The position numbers and the translations under genes were made by a program. The notes beneath the pieces are model-generated. The model made no database searches, was not told the DNA's origin, and was given only the letters and a program-made list of their open reading frames with translations. Shown here in pieces: positions 36,236 through 49,700 of a stretch of 56,136 nucleotides of DNA. Origin of the DNA: Folioceros fuciformis (lineage: Eukaryota); NCBI GenBank assembly GCA_049999805.1, contig JBNGIO010006235.1:20294-76429 (forward strand). The letters are read 5' to 3'. Numbering within the stretch: position 1 is the first letter of the stretch; every line of letters begins with the position of its first letter.

Positions 36236-37499
36236 CCTGCTCCCGTAACCCTTCCACAGGCGATAGTATCGGGCTGTGGCCCTCCTAAGTCACCCCAGCC
36301 TCACCGTGCCCTCCTTTCCCACCTCTGCGGACTCTTCCACAGGCCATGGCTCGTCCCCCGAGCCAAAATTGCGCCAGCCACGCTGCAATTGCTCCCCAAG
36401 CACCAGATCTGCCTGCCACTAGTTCAAACCCTGCCAAGCTCTCCGAACCCTCATCTCACTGCCTGCCGAGAGGACCAGCTTCCCATGTGCAGTATCTGCC
36501 GGTGTGCACAATGAAGCATCTCGGCGGTCGCCACGCCAGTGTCTAGCAAGCATCACACGATCTGCCGATGAGTCGATGCACACATCAGGTTGTTTCAATT
36601 CATCGCCTGCTGTGACGGGGACTGAGAGGGACTTGTCCTAGTCAGTGGTACACACCAAGCCCGGTGTCGAGCATGTCCCGTCGTCCGCACCAGAACCATA
36701 TGGAAGCTTGATTTGGGTTTTCAATTTATCACTAAATTGTTCGTTTCCCTTCTCACCCAGATCCCATACCTATGTGCACCACTTTTCAACACACAATCTC
36801 TCAAAACTTCGAGTTTACTTCCCTTCAGGTACCCCAACTAAGTGGGACTTTCTACTTAACACCTTATATACTATGCTATACATAGCAAGATGGGTTCATC
36901 ATTTCATTTATTATTTCTTTATTATCAATTGAACTAGCATGTTCAAATGAGTTCTTTCGAGAAACTCACACTGCATATTTATATATACACACTTTTATAA
37001 ATTGAAGTATTGGATCCTTTGTTCTTGCATAAACTTAGATATAAGAGGACGTGGCACACACCATTTTGAATGCTAAGAAGTTGTGGATAGGAATGGATAT
37101 ATGTGTGAAGTCTCGCTTTCAAGTGATTTCAGTACCATCAGCCCAAAATTAGCTCACTCAATTAGCTCACTTAGTTTAGAATGAACGCAAGTTAGCTTGC
37201 TAGTGAACTGTGGGGTAGATAAATCTTTTGCCAAAATTAAACTAGCTAATAGTTAGACAACATGCACAACTTTGATATAAGGTCGTTATTTGATGAGGCA
37301 GCTTTTATACTTTTTAAAAGTCAAATATGTTAAATCATGAACCCTTGGTTTCTACATCTAAAGACGAACAAGATGGAAAAACCCATCTACCCAAGAGAGA
37401 GGGAGATAAGCCATGAAACGAACACTAAGGGTTAACCTCTAAAACCTAAAGACTATCAATAGCACCTACAACTCGTTTGGGGGAGAAAGGGTCTACCTA

Positions 37500-38390
37500 C
37501 TAGTGGGGTTGCTGACACCGGCTCTCCTGCCAAAGTTGTCGTCTTGTATATGACATTAGCCAACGCTCATTGTAGAGCAATAGAAACCCTCCGCCGAGAA
37601 AAACGCTAACCCATGTTTCCTCTTGTGAACCATCTAGGCGCAAGACTTCAAAAACTTGGAAAATGCCTTGCCCATGGCCCATGGGTCTCAACGGCAAGGG
37701 GGGTAAAGTTTGTCCAACTTGTAAAGGAGTGTACTTATGAACCTTGGCCGATGGACTCCCCTTTGCAGCCCAACCCAAAGAGTTGAGGATAACATGCTCT
37801 TAGACCGTGATCGATGTGGGGTTAGTTACAACCGGGTTAGCAATAAAAACTTGTTGATCTCCCTAGATGAGAAAAAGGTCAACCTAAAGAGAATTGCCAT
37901 TAAGTACAGTGTATAGGTGCTCCTTGAAGAGTAGAAAGCCAACCTCCTTGGCCAAGAAACACATGACATCTCACACAGAGTTGCTGCGCCAAGCAATTTG
38001 TTGACCCCCACCCGGACAATGAATAAGATGAGTACTAGAGTTGTCTAGAGGCACCCCACAACTGCAAGAGAAGAGAGAGTAGGCCAACGGTTGGACCAAA
38101 CCAAGGTGAAACCTCATCACAATAGAGAGTGTGGTTGGTGCAACTCAAAAGGCCTAGATGTTAGGTCGAGCCAAGAACCTGCAGCCTTTCCTAGCACGTA
38201 CCGTCCTAGGGATAGAAGAATCTCGAAGAATATTAAGGTGCATTTGCTCATACTCCTTTTCCAGAAGAGAAGTTTGGAGCTCGTGATTTCCCACCACAAG
38301 AAGAGATGAAAATTGATGCACAACAATCCTAGCTGTAGAAGAAAGAGCATTCCTAGCCGATCATAGGGACACTTGCAAAGGGAGGGCACC
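37500..38390 (-). mobile_element. Degenerate non-LTR retrotransposon relic (CRE-like, restriction-like endonuclease C-terminus)
   Basis: AKVHKYTPLQVG...PLP and DVMCFLAKEVGF segments are homologous to the better preserved copy at 53352-54088. Confidence 0.6.
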
Positions 38391-39325
38391 TTCCAGATAC
38401 CAAAGACAAAAAATTACAAAATATAGGCATCACGAATGAGAAAACGAGAAGCCAAAATAAGAGCTGAACAATCATAAACTAAATGATAAACCCTACTCTA
38501 CTCCCCATGGTTGTTTTAAAAACTATGCAAAAAGAATATTGAATACCAATACACAATTCAATTTCTTCATGAGAAAAAAATATTGTTTTATATGAAAAGC
38601 AGCAAGAAATCCCCACATATACTTCATTGTAAAATAAATATTCCTAGATATTTTTAGAACTGCTCCTTCACACCATTTCAATAGATGTACATCTAAAGAT
38701 CTCTTCTAGCGAGACATAAGCATCAGTATATGCATTTTATGATAACAATTTTTGTAAACAATCTTTGCAACTTTAAGATAATGCCAATCGACTGGTACAA
38801 GACATAAACGCACATTCCCTTGTAAACAAGAGCGTAATTAGCATCTGGTTGAAAAGTGTAGTGTGATTGATAACATGCAAAACAATCAGTTCATGTTTCA
38901 CGTAGTGAAGTAAGCATCTTCAAAGCACATTCCATAAGAATAAGAAAGTACAAAGGTGGCTCTCCTTTTTAGGAATGAAGATGTTTGTTCTATAGAACAT
39001 GCATCTAAAATTAACCCTACTTCAATTTTGAATCTTACGAGATACAATTTATGTTCACGTTTCTTCTAAAATGCCCCTATAATTTTCTAAAATATATTCA
39101 TGACAACTTCATTTTAAAATTGGTTCAACTATCGTCTATTTTAAAAAGCATTCTTGGTATCACATGATTCAAAATATTCAAAGGATATTTATTACTTTAT
39201 GTTAATTACGTATTATAAATATACAATGATGTTATTGTTTTTCATTCACTTTGTATTTCATTATGTTTTGAATCGAAATCTTTGAGCACTCTCTAAGCTT
39301 GTTATATCAATGTACTATTGGAACC

Positions 39326-40403
39326 ATGGGACATTCTATCTATCTTACCCTAATATTTTGTTGGTGTTCAATTCATTTGACAGAAGCTCGACCCTATGTC
39401 ACATTGGACGTTCCTATAACAACACTTGATGTGGTGCCAACACTTGATTCTCCATCGATAATGGTCCCAACATTACCTGAAACAACACCTCCAGGAGACA
39501 TACCTCCCCCATCTATAAATGGAGCTCCAACACTTGATTCTCCAACAACAATGGTGCCAACATTACCTGACATAGTACCTCCAGGAGACATATCTCCTCC
39601 ATCCACATATGGAGCTCCACCATCATTTCCAACGCCACCTTCCCAAGATAGCCCTCCCTCTATGTGGAAAGATGAACTACCTTATGTTGTTTCACCACCT
39701 ATGGGAAAGTTTGGTGATTCCCCATTTAATGGAGAAATAGCACCATCTGTGTATGAAACGCCTCCCACTTATGAGTCACCTCCCATTGATTACTCTCCTC
39801 GCTTGTCTAACCCACCTCCTTTTTCTAGTCCATTCCCCACTTATTACTCTCCTCCTAGCTATGACTCACCTCTTGCTTACGAGCCACCTCCTTCTACTTC
39901 ATCTCCCACTTCTTACTCTCCTCCTACCTATGACNNNNNNNNNNNNNNNNNNNNNNNNNNNNNNNNNNNNNNNNNNNNNNNNNNNNNNNNNNNNNNNNNN
40001 NNNNNNNNNNNNNNNNNNNNNNNNNNNNNNNNNNTCTCCTCCTACCTATGACCCACCTCTTGCTTACGAGCCACCTCCTTCTTCTAATCCATCTCCCATA
40101 TATGACTCTCCTCCTACCTATGACCCACCTCTTGCTTACGAGCCACCTCCTTCTTCTAATCCATCTCCCTTTTATTACTCTCCTCCTACCTATGACCCAC
40201 CTCTTGCTTACGAGCCACCTCCTTCATCTAATCCATCTCCCACTTCTTACTCTCCCCACACCTATGACCCACCTCCTACTAACGAGCCACCTCCTTCTTC
40301 TAATCCATTGCCCACTTATTACTCTCCTCCTACCTATGACCCACCTTCTTATGAAAGCCCCCCAAATGAGAGCCCAGATTATGAACAACCAAGTGAAAGA
40401 TAA
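39326..40403 (+). CDS. Secreted Pro/Ser/Tyr-rich repetitive (extensin/PRP-like) protein; spans an assembly gap
   Basis: Signal peptide MGHSIYLTLIFCWCSIHLTEA, two 30-aa repeats, then a 24-aa (72-bp) repeat SPPTYDPPLAYEPPPSSNPSPxYY. Confidence 0.75.
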
Positions 40404-42690
40404 AAATTTTGAGCTAAGAAGTCATACATGGGTACAAGAAGGATTCATTTTTTAGTTTGTTTGACTAGAACAGGACTAGTGTAGATAACATGGAGGAAGT
40501 TAGACGTGCACACAACTATCATGTTGGAAAGAATTTGAATGAGTCTTCATGTAACTTAAAAATTTGTCAATACCATGTTAAAAACATAGGATGTGAAGGG
40601 ATGTGAAGAATTCTCGGGGTACCTTAATGCAAGGTTAAGGATATGTTTGAGAATGCTCATACTTTGGGAAGTGATCTGTCTAAACAATAAACAGAGCTCC
40701 CTGAATGGATGGATAGTCCGTTACTTTGAAAGTGTGAGATTAGATTGAACAAATGATCTTTGTCATAAACCCTAAACCCTTTTTAAATTATCATAATACG
40801 ATTCATCATAGTTTATAATCCCTAACCCCTAAACTTAAAAAAAAAAAAAACAAAGAAGAAGAGAGAAGTCACAATTCCCTGTTCTTCTAACTCGGAAGAA
40901 CTTCGTTCACCCCTTAAGCAAAGAACCACACACGATGAGGTGCGTTTTCCATGCGGAGAGCGGTGGAATTTGAGAGGGCGAGTTCCGTTCTGGACTTCAA
41001 GCTGAGCCTTCATACACGGTGCAATCGATGTGACTCTGAGAGAGGTTGACGCACGCGATGTCAGATGCTTTTTCAGCCCGTCCACAGCTTTGAAGATTCG
41101 GTGCTTTACGTCCTCCAGAAATCTTACAACCTTACACTGCTTTACTCTGTTCTGTGGCGTGGCGTGGACACCTACCTGCCTGATGCTCGTGCCCCACGCT
41201 TCACCGATGCAAGGATCGCATTAGGCTAGAATCTGAAATGCACACAACTGTGCGCTTCAACAGACAGTCGCCAGACCAATCCATGTGACCTGACAAAGCT
41301 CGGTAAACCATTACGCATCTTAGGTCACCAAAGTGTCCGAAGCTTTTCGCAGGAAAGGAAAGCACTTCGGCCGCCTCCAGAGCCCCTCCGAGGGGCTAGG
41401 GCGCCTTTTGCAGCCACCTCGCTGAGATGTGGGACCTGCAACATCTTGTTACTGCGGATTATCTCCTCCCCGCATCATGGCAGCATTAATTTAGGCATCC
41501 TGTTGTCCTGTCTCGCAGTAGCCGCGCCGGTGAAGCTTGTGGAAGACGAAATTTCGAAGTGGCGTGACAGTGATGCAGGAGGCAAGAGCCGGGCCCGGGA
41601 AAGACCGGCACCGCCTCTCTGATCAGGCTCACGCGGATCGTGACTCCGCTGCACCTACTTGTGCACAAAGTCTCCATGCTTGACGTGCTGTCGACTGCGT
41701 AGAGCAAGCCTCCGAGATCTGGTGAGGTCTGGCACTGGAGAGGGTTTCACTTTCAGCAGATCAAGATCGAATGGAGTGCGGCATCGTACGGGACCTGGCC
41801 GCTGTGATGAATCCTCCCGAGCTCATCAGTCGATGCCTGGGAGCGGGATCCCGCTTTTCCTGCATCTCCCTCCTTCCTCGACCCCGGCAAAGGTAACCCC
41901 GCGCAAGCCAGCTGGTGCTTTCCGTTCATTCCCGAGACCTGGAAACTCTCACGTCATTGGCCGGACTCTCCCAGGCGGACAAAGGCTTGTCTTTGCGTGT
42001 GCTAGGGGATAGTCTTCGGACAAGGATGACAATCTAGCGACAAATAAACAAATATGAGAATGGAATTCCTTGCAGAGGATGCAGATTCCGTCACCAAGTG
42101 GCGCTGCGTGAGTGAAGTACTGTTTACATTGAAAACCCTTCGGTCCGTCAGCCAGCCCGTATATAGCGGGCGACGGACGGACCGTGTCGGCGATTTTAAC
42201 TCGTGTTGTTGGACCCACCAAAAGGTGAATCCATATGCCGGGTCCAAGCCTGGGATCGTCCCGGGCTGCCCGACATTTTGGGCTACAGAAATTTTTTTTT
42301 TGGCATTCTCGCATGCTCCTCTTCTCTCTCGGGTTGTGGTTCCTTGATTTATTGATTTTTTGGCTATGGATGAAATTAGGATTTTTTTCGCTCTTAGCCT
42401 TTTTTTTTATATATTCTCAAGATTGATTTTTTAAGACACTGTCCTCACATACATAGATATTTTATCGAGTAATGTAATGAGTTCTTTCATATTGTTGGTC
42501 ATGGTTGCAGTAAGTAGTTTGACAGTTGAGGCTACAAGACTTATAAAACCCAGTGTTTCGACGGTTTGGTGGAAGGCTCCAAGTCGGCAAGGTCTTGGGG
42601 AGAGGTTGCACATGCAAGCATGGCAAATGCTTTCAGCTTCAATGCAAGATGAGAAGTGGAGGTGGCAATATCGTATGACTTATATAACTT

Positions 42691-43031
42691 TATGTTTTCA
42701 CACAACACAAACAACAAACATGTTACTCTCAAATATAGTTTCGAACAATTCACTTGTCTAAATAAAATATGCTATGCATCATTGTGAAGCTCTTGGAACG
42801 AGCTTTCTCTGAGATGCTCGTTTGCATGTTTTCATTACGACTGGAGTGAGATATAATGGTGTCTAGTTTTTATGTTTTCACACAACACAAACAACAATCT
42901 TGACATTTTCAGGCTTCGTTTCAAACAGCACACTTGTCCAAATGAAATCTGCTATAGATCATTTTGAAGCTCTTGAAACGAGCTTTCTTTGAAGTGCTTG
43001 TTTGCAATTTTTTATGAAGACCAGAGTCAGA
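42691..43031. repeat. Two diverged direct repeats with 180-bp period (transposon-internal/subterminal-like)
   Basis: tatgttttcacacaacacaaacaacaa...gaagctctt(g/a)gaacgagctttc begins at both 42691 and 42871. Confidence 0.8.
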
Positions 43032-43084
43032 ATTTGATATTCACAGTTTCTGAGCATTTCTTGTAACATAAACAACACTTGCAA

Positions 43085-43720
43085 TTAGTTTGAAGAGGAG
43101 CTGCTCCTTGCTCTTTTAGAAGATTGTACCAACAGCTTTGCAACCTCCAGCTGCATGTATTGTTGTAGCTCTGAGATTTTTAAGCTCTGTTCTAATCTAC
43201 TCTTCTTTACAACTTGCATGCTTTCTAACTTTGCTGTCTCAATCTTCGCAAAGACCTTAGCAAACCTAGAAATACTATTAGCTATTCTATCAGGCTTGAA
43301 TTCATCAGACCTGTGCTTTTTAGTCTTGGCTTTCTTAGCTGTTATACCCTTCAACTTAGTTACCTTTATTATAGGAGATTCACCACATTCTTCTTCCGGT
43401 GGTGAAGAGGTTGGCAAGTTTGGTGAAACAGTAGCCATAAGTGGAGGGTCCACCGTAGAAACAATGGGGTCTTCAGCAGTGTTGAGAAGAATAGTAACTT
43501 GCTCAGAGCAGCAATATGAAGTTGTCAAATCAACAAGCCCAGGGTCATGAGAGTTCGGAATTCCAACTACCTTAGGATTGTCATTCATGAATGCATCCAT
43601 GGTCTCCCAAAACACCCATTCTGAGGCATAGACCCCGGTTATGAGCTTCTTTGTCTCTGCTTTACAGTGCCGCTTCAAACTGTCAATCACTGTCAATCTT
43701 GTTCGTGCATTGAATTCCCG
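43085..43720 (-). mobile_element. Truncated Myb/SANT-like (trihelix/PIF-Harbinger ORF1-like) coding relic
   Basis: TG..ASEWVFWETMDAFM..NPKVVG, then C-terminal coiled coil IANSISRFAKVFAKIETAKLE...LEVAKL. The N-terminal helices are missing. Confidence 0.55.
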
Positions 43721-44918
43721 TAGCCTGAAGTATGCCTCCCCGCTCTCCTCGCTTTCATCGCGTTTTTCATCATTGTTCGTGTTCATCGTTTCAGGATGCG
43801 GGCTACAAGACGCGAGCTGGAAAATGCGATGAAAGCGGGAAGAGCGGGGAGGCGTACTTCAGGATGCAGGCTACAAGATGCGGGCTGCAAAGTGTGATGA
43901 AAGCGGGGAGAGCGAGGAGGGCGGGAAGGCGAGCTGCAGAACGCGATGATAGCGGGGAGGCGGGCTGAAAAAAAAGGCGGGGTCAGTGTTCCCATGAAGG
44001 GAAAACCGACCCGGTATATAAAATAATCAAAATTTTAAAACTTATCAAAATAATAAACGGTCTGTCGACAACGGAAGTTTCCGTCTATTGTCGACAGACC
44101 ACCCCAAAAATAGGATGATCCGATCTAGGCGGGATGGACGGAGCATGCCACAACCACAATGTAAACACTACTTGAGAGGTCCAGGTACAGAACTGGATGC
44201 TGTCAGTGGCTCAGCTCTCAAGGCACCATTCTCTCTCTAACAGTCAGCTCTCAAGGCATCATTCTCTCTCTAACAGGCAATCGCACTCTCTCTCTAGCAG
44301 GCAAGAACAGCAGAAGGGGATAGACAGCTGGAGAGTGGAAGCATCCATTCGGGAAAATGCAGGAAGGGTACATACGTTTTCTGTACCCGTTTGTTCTGAT
44401 TCCGGTACTGCCTTCCAGGTGTGTATCCTGTGGCACGCTGGGGTGTGCCGCATCACACCCCTTTGGACGTACCCATGCACTGTACATACATCTATATGTT
44501 TTCACGACCCAGTTACAAAGCTAACGGAACAATCTCCCACCGCCTGGGACGCCCTTTGGTTTGCTGCCTCTTCCCCTGCCCTGATGTCATGCCAAGCCGG
44601 TCTCGATCACCGGCTGTGCCGGTCACTGTGTCGATATTCTGTGATAGAACGCTATCGCCGAGCGCAATCGCCCGGGGGGCCCGGGTCGCTGACGAGCTCA
44701 TCAAGGAACTGAACAGGACAGGCGCGTAACAATAAATACCACTTTTCCTATAAATTATAGGAGAGAGAGTGCCGTGGTTGGGGTGAGAGAGTGAGCGTCT
44801 TTTCCTGTGAAAAGCAGCACTGGGGAAAAAGCATTCTCTGTCCCGGTATGGAAACCCTTCTTTTTTTAATTTTTTTTAAAATAAGTACCTAGTCTGAAAT
44901 AACTGGTAGGGATAGAAC

Positions 44919-44921
<3 letters not shown>

Positions 44922-44950
<29 letters not shown>
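44922..44950. repeat. (TA)n microsatellite
   Basis: ~14 TA units. Confidence 0.95.
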
Positions 44951-44956
<6 letters not shown>

Positions 44957-45032
44957 TCAAGTTTCTTTCACACTTCGATTCTACCCTAAGGGCTGATCAC
45001 ATGAAGGAATTTAGGATTTAGGTTTTGGGGTC

Positions 45033-45272
45033 TAATTCGGGTTTATGATTAGAGATAAGAACTTTGAAGTACTGCTGGAATTAGGGTTTATGATTAGGGA
45101 TAAGAACTTTGAAGTACCACTCGAATAAGGGTTTATGATTAGGGATAAGAACTTTGAAATGCAGCTGGAATTTGGGTTTATGATTAGGGATAAGAACTTT
45201 GAAGTACAGCTGGAATTAGGGTTTATGATTAGGGATAAGAACTGTGAAGTACAGCTAGAATTAGGGTTAGGA
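45033..45272. repeat. 45-bp tandem repeat, ~5 copies, containing TTAGGG motifs
   Basis: Unit ttagggtttatgattagggataagaactttgaagtacagctggaa. Confidence 0.92.
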
Positions 45273-46761
45273 GTTGGCAAGCCTTGGCCTCTTCTTCCAT
45301 GTGGGCATGTTGGGATACGTTGGATTTGTGGAATCTTGGAAATGCATAAACCAACCGATGCATCTTTGCATGAAGGCTTAGTAGTGACTACTGCTGTAGT
45401 TACTTGAATCTTCTTTGAATCAAAGAAAGTTTGTACTGTTGGATGACACTGCCGTCTAAGTCTAGTCTAGTATAGTATTGAGTGTAACTGTGTTGTTGTG
45501 GAGTGTCATTTGGTGGGTAGATCTATAACCATCCGTTTTCAATCCACAATGCATGTAGACAGCCCTGTACATCATCTGGTCGGCCAGCTCGCATGTTGAT
45601 TCTCGCATGAACAAGTCTTGGGTGGCTGTCGAACAGGAACTGGAGATGGAGAACAGGAAGGGAAGAAGGAAGGAAGGAAGGAAGCGTGGAAGGCGCGTGG
45701 AAGGTAAACTCTACAGGCTCTTCGGACACGTTGGGCGGAAAGTGCAGTAGCCCATGAGAGAGGGAGAAGCGAGAAGATAGGGTAAGAGGGGGCAGACGCA
45801 AGGGAGGTATGTATCCCCGGTCAGGGACTACGGAAGGTCAGCGGTTGGGCCCCAAGCACCAAACACCCCCTGGAGTCCGGACCCCTGAGTCCCAGAAGGC
45901 CATCCAGCCAGCCAATCGCACATGCCCCACAGACGTGGGCTACATTGCCGCAACGGTAAAGGTTCAGTGAACCTGGACGCCGGGCCCTCCAATGGGACCT
46001 TCGTGCACGGCTCGCAACCCGCCCCGTCTTCTTCACCTCTCCACGCCTCCCTTGCACCGCAGCGCACCGCATCGCCTCGCCCCCGCCCCGCCTCGCCTCG
46101 CCTCGCGCCGCGCTAGCTNNNNNNNNNNNNNNNNNNNNNNNNNNNNNNNNNNNNNNNNNNNNNNNNNNNNNNNNNNNNNNNNNNNNNNNNNNNNNNNNNN
46201 NNNNNNNNNNNNNNNNNNGCCCCGTCCCGCCTTCCCGTGCCGGCCTCGCTAGCGCTGCTCGAAAACATAAAAAATCCAGAGTCCCTGGTGTAGAAATTCG
46301 TACGGCCTCGTTGTGCTTGTCGTAGTGTTGTCCTTATAGCACACGCAGCGTAGCTCTCGGGCTTGTTGCTGCATCTTCTTGTCTTCCTTCCGTGAGCTCC
46401 ATCCGCTCCGTACTCCCGCAGCCCGGTTCGGCCAGCTCTCGTGGAGAGTAAGAGGTGCGCACTAGAGTCCAGCGTGAGTGGGGGGAGGGCCAGCGCAGGT
46501 GCCTTTTTTTTCACCTGGAGTAGTGGATCGGGAGCAGGACTGCCTCGGATGGATTTGTGCTGGCTTGCTGCTCGCAATTGGTGGAGTAATTGGTGATTGG
46601 GAGAAGCAAATTCTCTGCATTGTTGCGTGTGATGTGGTGAAAGGAGGAGGATCAGGATTTTTCTCACACTCTGGCTGCGGCTTCTCGTCTTGGCGGTGAA
46701 GCTCGCTGACGCCGCGTCCGCCATGGTGGTAGCCGCGCTGCTGCGGCTCCTACGCAATTAG

Positions 46762-49700
46762 ATGGACAAGTATCTGTCCCGGAGCGTGTCGGATATCGGT
46801 GCATTCTCCCGGAACCTGCCGGACGCCCGTGTCGCCGGGGGAGGAGGCGGACCACCCGCTTCTAGGTTTCAGTGGAGCGGCGCCATGACGGCGGAGTCGG
46901 AGACGGATGCCAGCTCCGAGGACCTGCTGCACCATGTCGTCCCGGATGATGATGCGGAGACGGGGAGCTGGAAGACGCTTGCTTTTCTGTGGCTGGCCAG
47001 GTTGTTCCCTTGCGTCACCTGGCTCAGTGCCTACGATTTCGGCGCCTACTTCAAAACGGATTTGGTGGCAGGCATCACGGTCGGGACGATGATCGTTCCA
47101 CAGGTTGGTGCCTGCCACACCACGATGATGGTCTCTTGTTTCGCATGCCGAGTGAGCGAGGTCGGGGAAGAAGGATTGATCGTCTCCCTGGCAGCGACGG
47201 AATTTGCGGGCCCTCGATTTTGTATTTTGCTTTTTCCCGGATGGATATGTAACGAACTTGGTTGCAGACAGCTGGGGTCCGGTTTCCAGCTTCGCCTCGG
47301 CAGCCTAGTGCTGCGCCGGCAGGTCTGCGCAATTGCCCGCGTTTCTTTCGAGGAGATATGGCTAACCGGCTGTGTTGCTTGGCCGCAGGCTATGTCTTAC
47401 GCCAAGTTGGCTGGCCTTCCTCCGGCCCTTGGCCTGTGTAAGATCGCGAGACTGTTTGAGTTGTGTGACTTGTGTGTCAACTTCCGAGCAATCGCTGCCT
47501 GCCGGGCAGCCAGCTGGCTAGAGTTGCATTGTAGAGCTTAGGGGGATCGTGTGTCCCGGTCATTTGACGAGGGTGTGGATCGCCCCGACAACCTCCGACT
47601 CCGTCTGACGCCTTTGGCTGGACATGTTGTGTGACGATCACAGATTCGGGATTTGTTCCCATCATTGCGTACTCGATTTTCGGATCCTCCCGTCAAGCTG
47701 CAGTGGGACCGGTCGCTCTGGTATCGCTTCTCGTCTCCAATGGGCTGGCACCCATTATGGCCGCGGACACGATGCGACGCGAAGCGGAAACTACGCCTGA
47801 TCTGTATGCGCGGCTGGCGATACTTTTGGCTTTGATGGTAGGAGTGATCGAGTGCATTATGGGAGTCGCAAGGTAATGGTTGGGGGGCCGAACTTGGGTC
47901 TCGTTGTCTTCATCTTCTTATTCTGATGTGAATGCGGATGATGATGCGTCGTCTCTTGGTCCATTGCAGGCTGGGATGGCTGATTCGCTTCATCAGTCAT
48001 TCTGTCATTTCGGGGTTCACTTCTGGATCCGCTATCATCATCGGCCTATCTCAGGCCAAAAACTTCCTAGGGTACGACGTATCCTCCAGCAGCGAGCTCA
48101 TTCCTTTGATACGAAGTATTGTGGAAGGCTTTGACCAGGTACAGTTCCCTTGAGTTGGTTTAGCAGTTTCCATGGGTCTAGCAATACAAGCTGCTTGTCC
48201 TGCGGCAGTTCTTCTTCTAAATCTCTTCACTTGCTCCTTTTTTTTGCAGTTCCTTTGGCAGCCGTTTGTCATGGGTTTCGCTGTTCTGGGTCTATTACTG
48301 GGCATGAAACATGTGGTAGGTTTGTATTTCATTACTTGCTTTACTGTCTAAGGTTTGGTTAGTACTGGGTATCACAGTTTCCAAATCACAACCATTAAAC
48401 TTCATTCTCGTCCGCACGTTGCAAGAGTCCCGCCGTGAGCTTTCCTGCTCTTCGAATTTGTGGTATTATGCTCACTTGACAGAGTCTGTGCAAATGCAGG
48501 GAAAGTCCGACAAAAGATTCTTGTTTCTTCGTGCGGGTGGACCCTTGACGGCGTTGGTTCTGAGCACAGCATTTGTCAAAGTGTTTAGGCCTGCCTCTAT
48601 CAGTGTGGTGAGACTTGCTTCGCATCCGGTGCACGGGCCCCATAAGGTCGTGTAAAGACTACTTGTCTTATTTTATTTGGTTTTGAGTTGCAGGTTGGCT
48701 CAATTCCTAAGGGCCTCCCACCTTTCTCCTTGAACTACACCTTCGACCACGTGAAAGATTTACTTCCAACAGCATTTCTCATCGCTGGTGTCGCCATCCT
48801 GGTGATTTAATCAATTGCCTCGCTTGGAACTTATGCACCTTGAAAGCTGTCTACTACACCCGAGCACCTTTGATACCTGCATTGTAACTTGTTATGATTG
48901 TGGGCCCCTTGCTATCAGGAGTCTGTGGGGATAGCTAAGGCCTTGGCAAACAAAAATGGGTACGAGCTTGACTCGAACCGAGAGGTAGGTCCACCCACGA
49001 CCCTGAGGGCGCTGCTACCCTGCTGACCTCGACATCAGTTTGATGCTGGCTTCTTCTGCTTGTTGCTTCCCTTGTCTAACTAAAGCCAGGTTCTTTGTGT
49101 ATTTGCCAGCTCTTTGGACTAGGAGTGGCAAACGTTCTTGGGTCGGCATTTTCAGCCTATCCTGCCACAGGCAAGACAACATCACATTATCATGCCGCGA
49201 GATTTATGAGATTTCCATTTGCTGTCAAATCGGAGTGGCGATGTTTAAGTGGATAGAAATGTCTTTCATCCTCTTCGTTGTCCGAGTGATGATTGTGTGG
49301 GACTTATGTATGGCTGAAGTTTAGGTCAAGACACGTCGTCCACAAGATTTGTCTGGTGAAATGTGTTTTTCCTTTGCCAGACGTTACCATCAACTCTTCG
49401 TAGCTCAGTTTTTACCATGACACACGTTTGGCAGGGTCCTTCTCAAGATCGGCCGTCAATAACGACACTGGAGCCAAGACGGGAATTGCCTCCCTTGTAA
49501 CAGCTCTTATAGTCTGCTTGGCACTGCTGTTTCTGACACCACTGTTCACAGATATCCCGCAAGTGAGGCAGATTATCCACACCTTGCAGTAGACCTTGTG
49601 GTGCTGAGGATTTAGTTGTGAGCATTTGTTTTTACTGCATTTTAGGTTGCAAAGGCCTTCTTTCATGATTATGCGTGTACTTTCTCTGCAGTGTGCGTTG

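Noticed and set aside
42140-44145. Terminal inverted repeats for a Harbinger-like element
   Set aside because: Only weak similarity between candidate ends (tccgtc/gacgga) and no convincing TSD.
44197-44729. Overlapping 171-aa and 102-aa ORFs
   Set aside because: They begin in a 33-bp duplication and show no recognisable domain.
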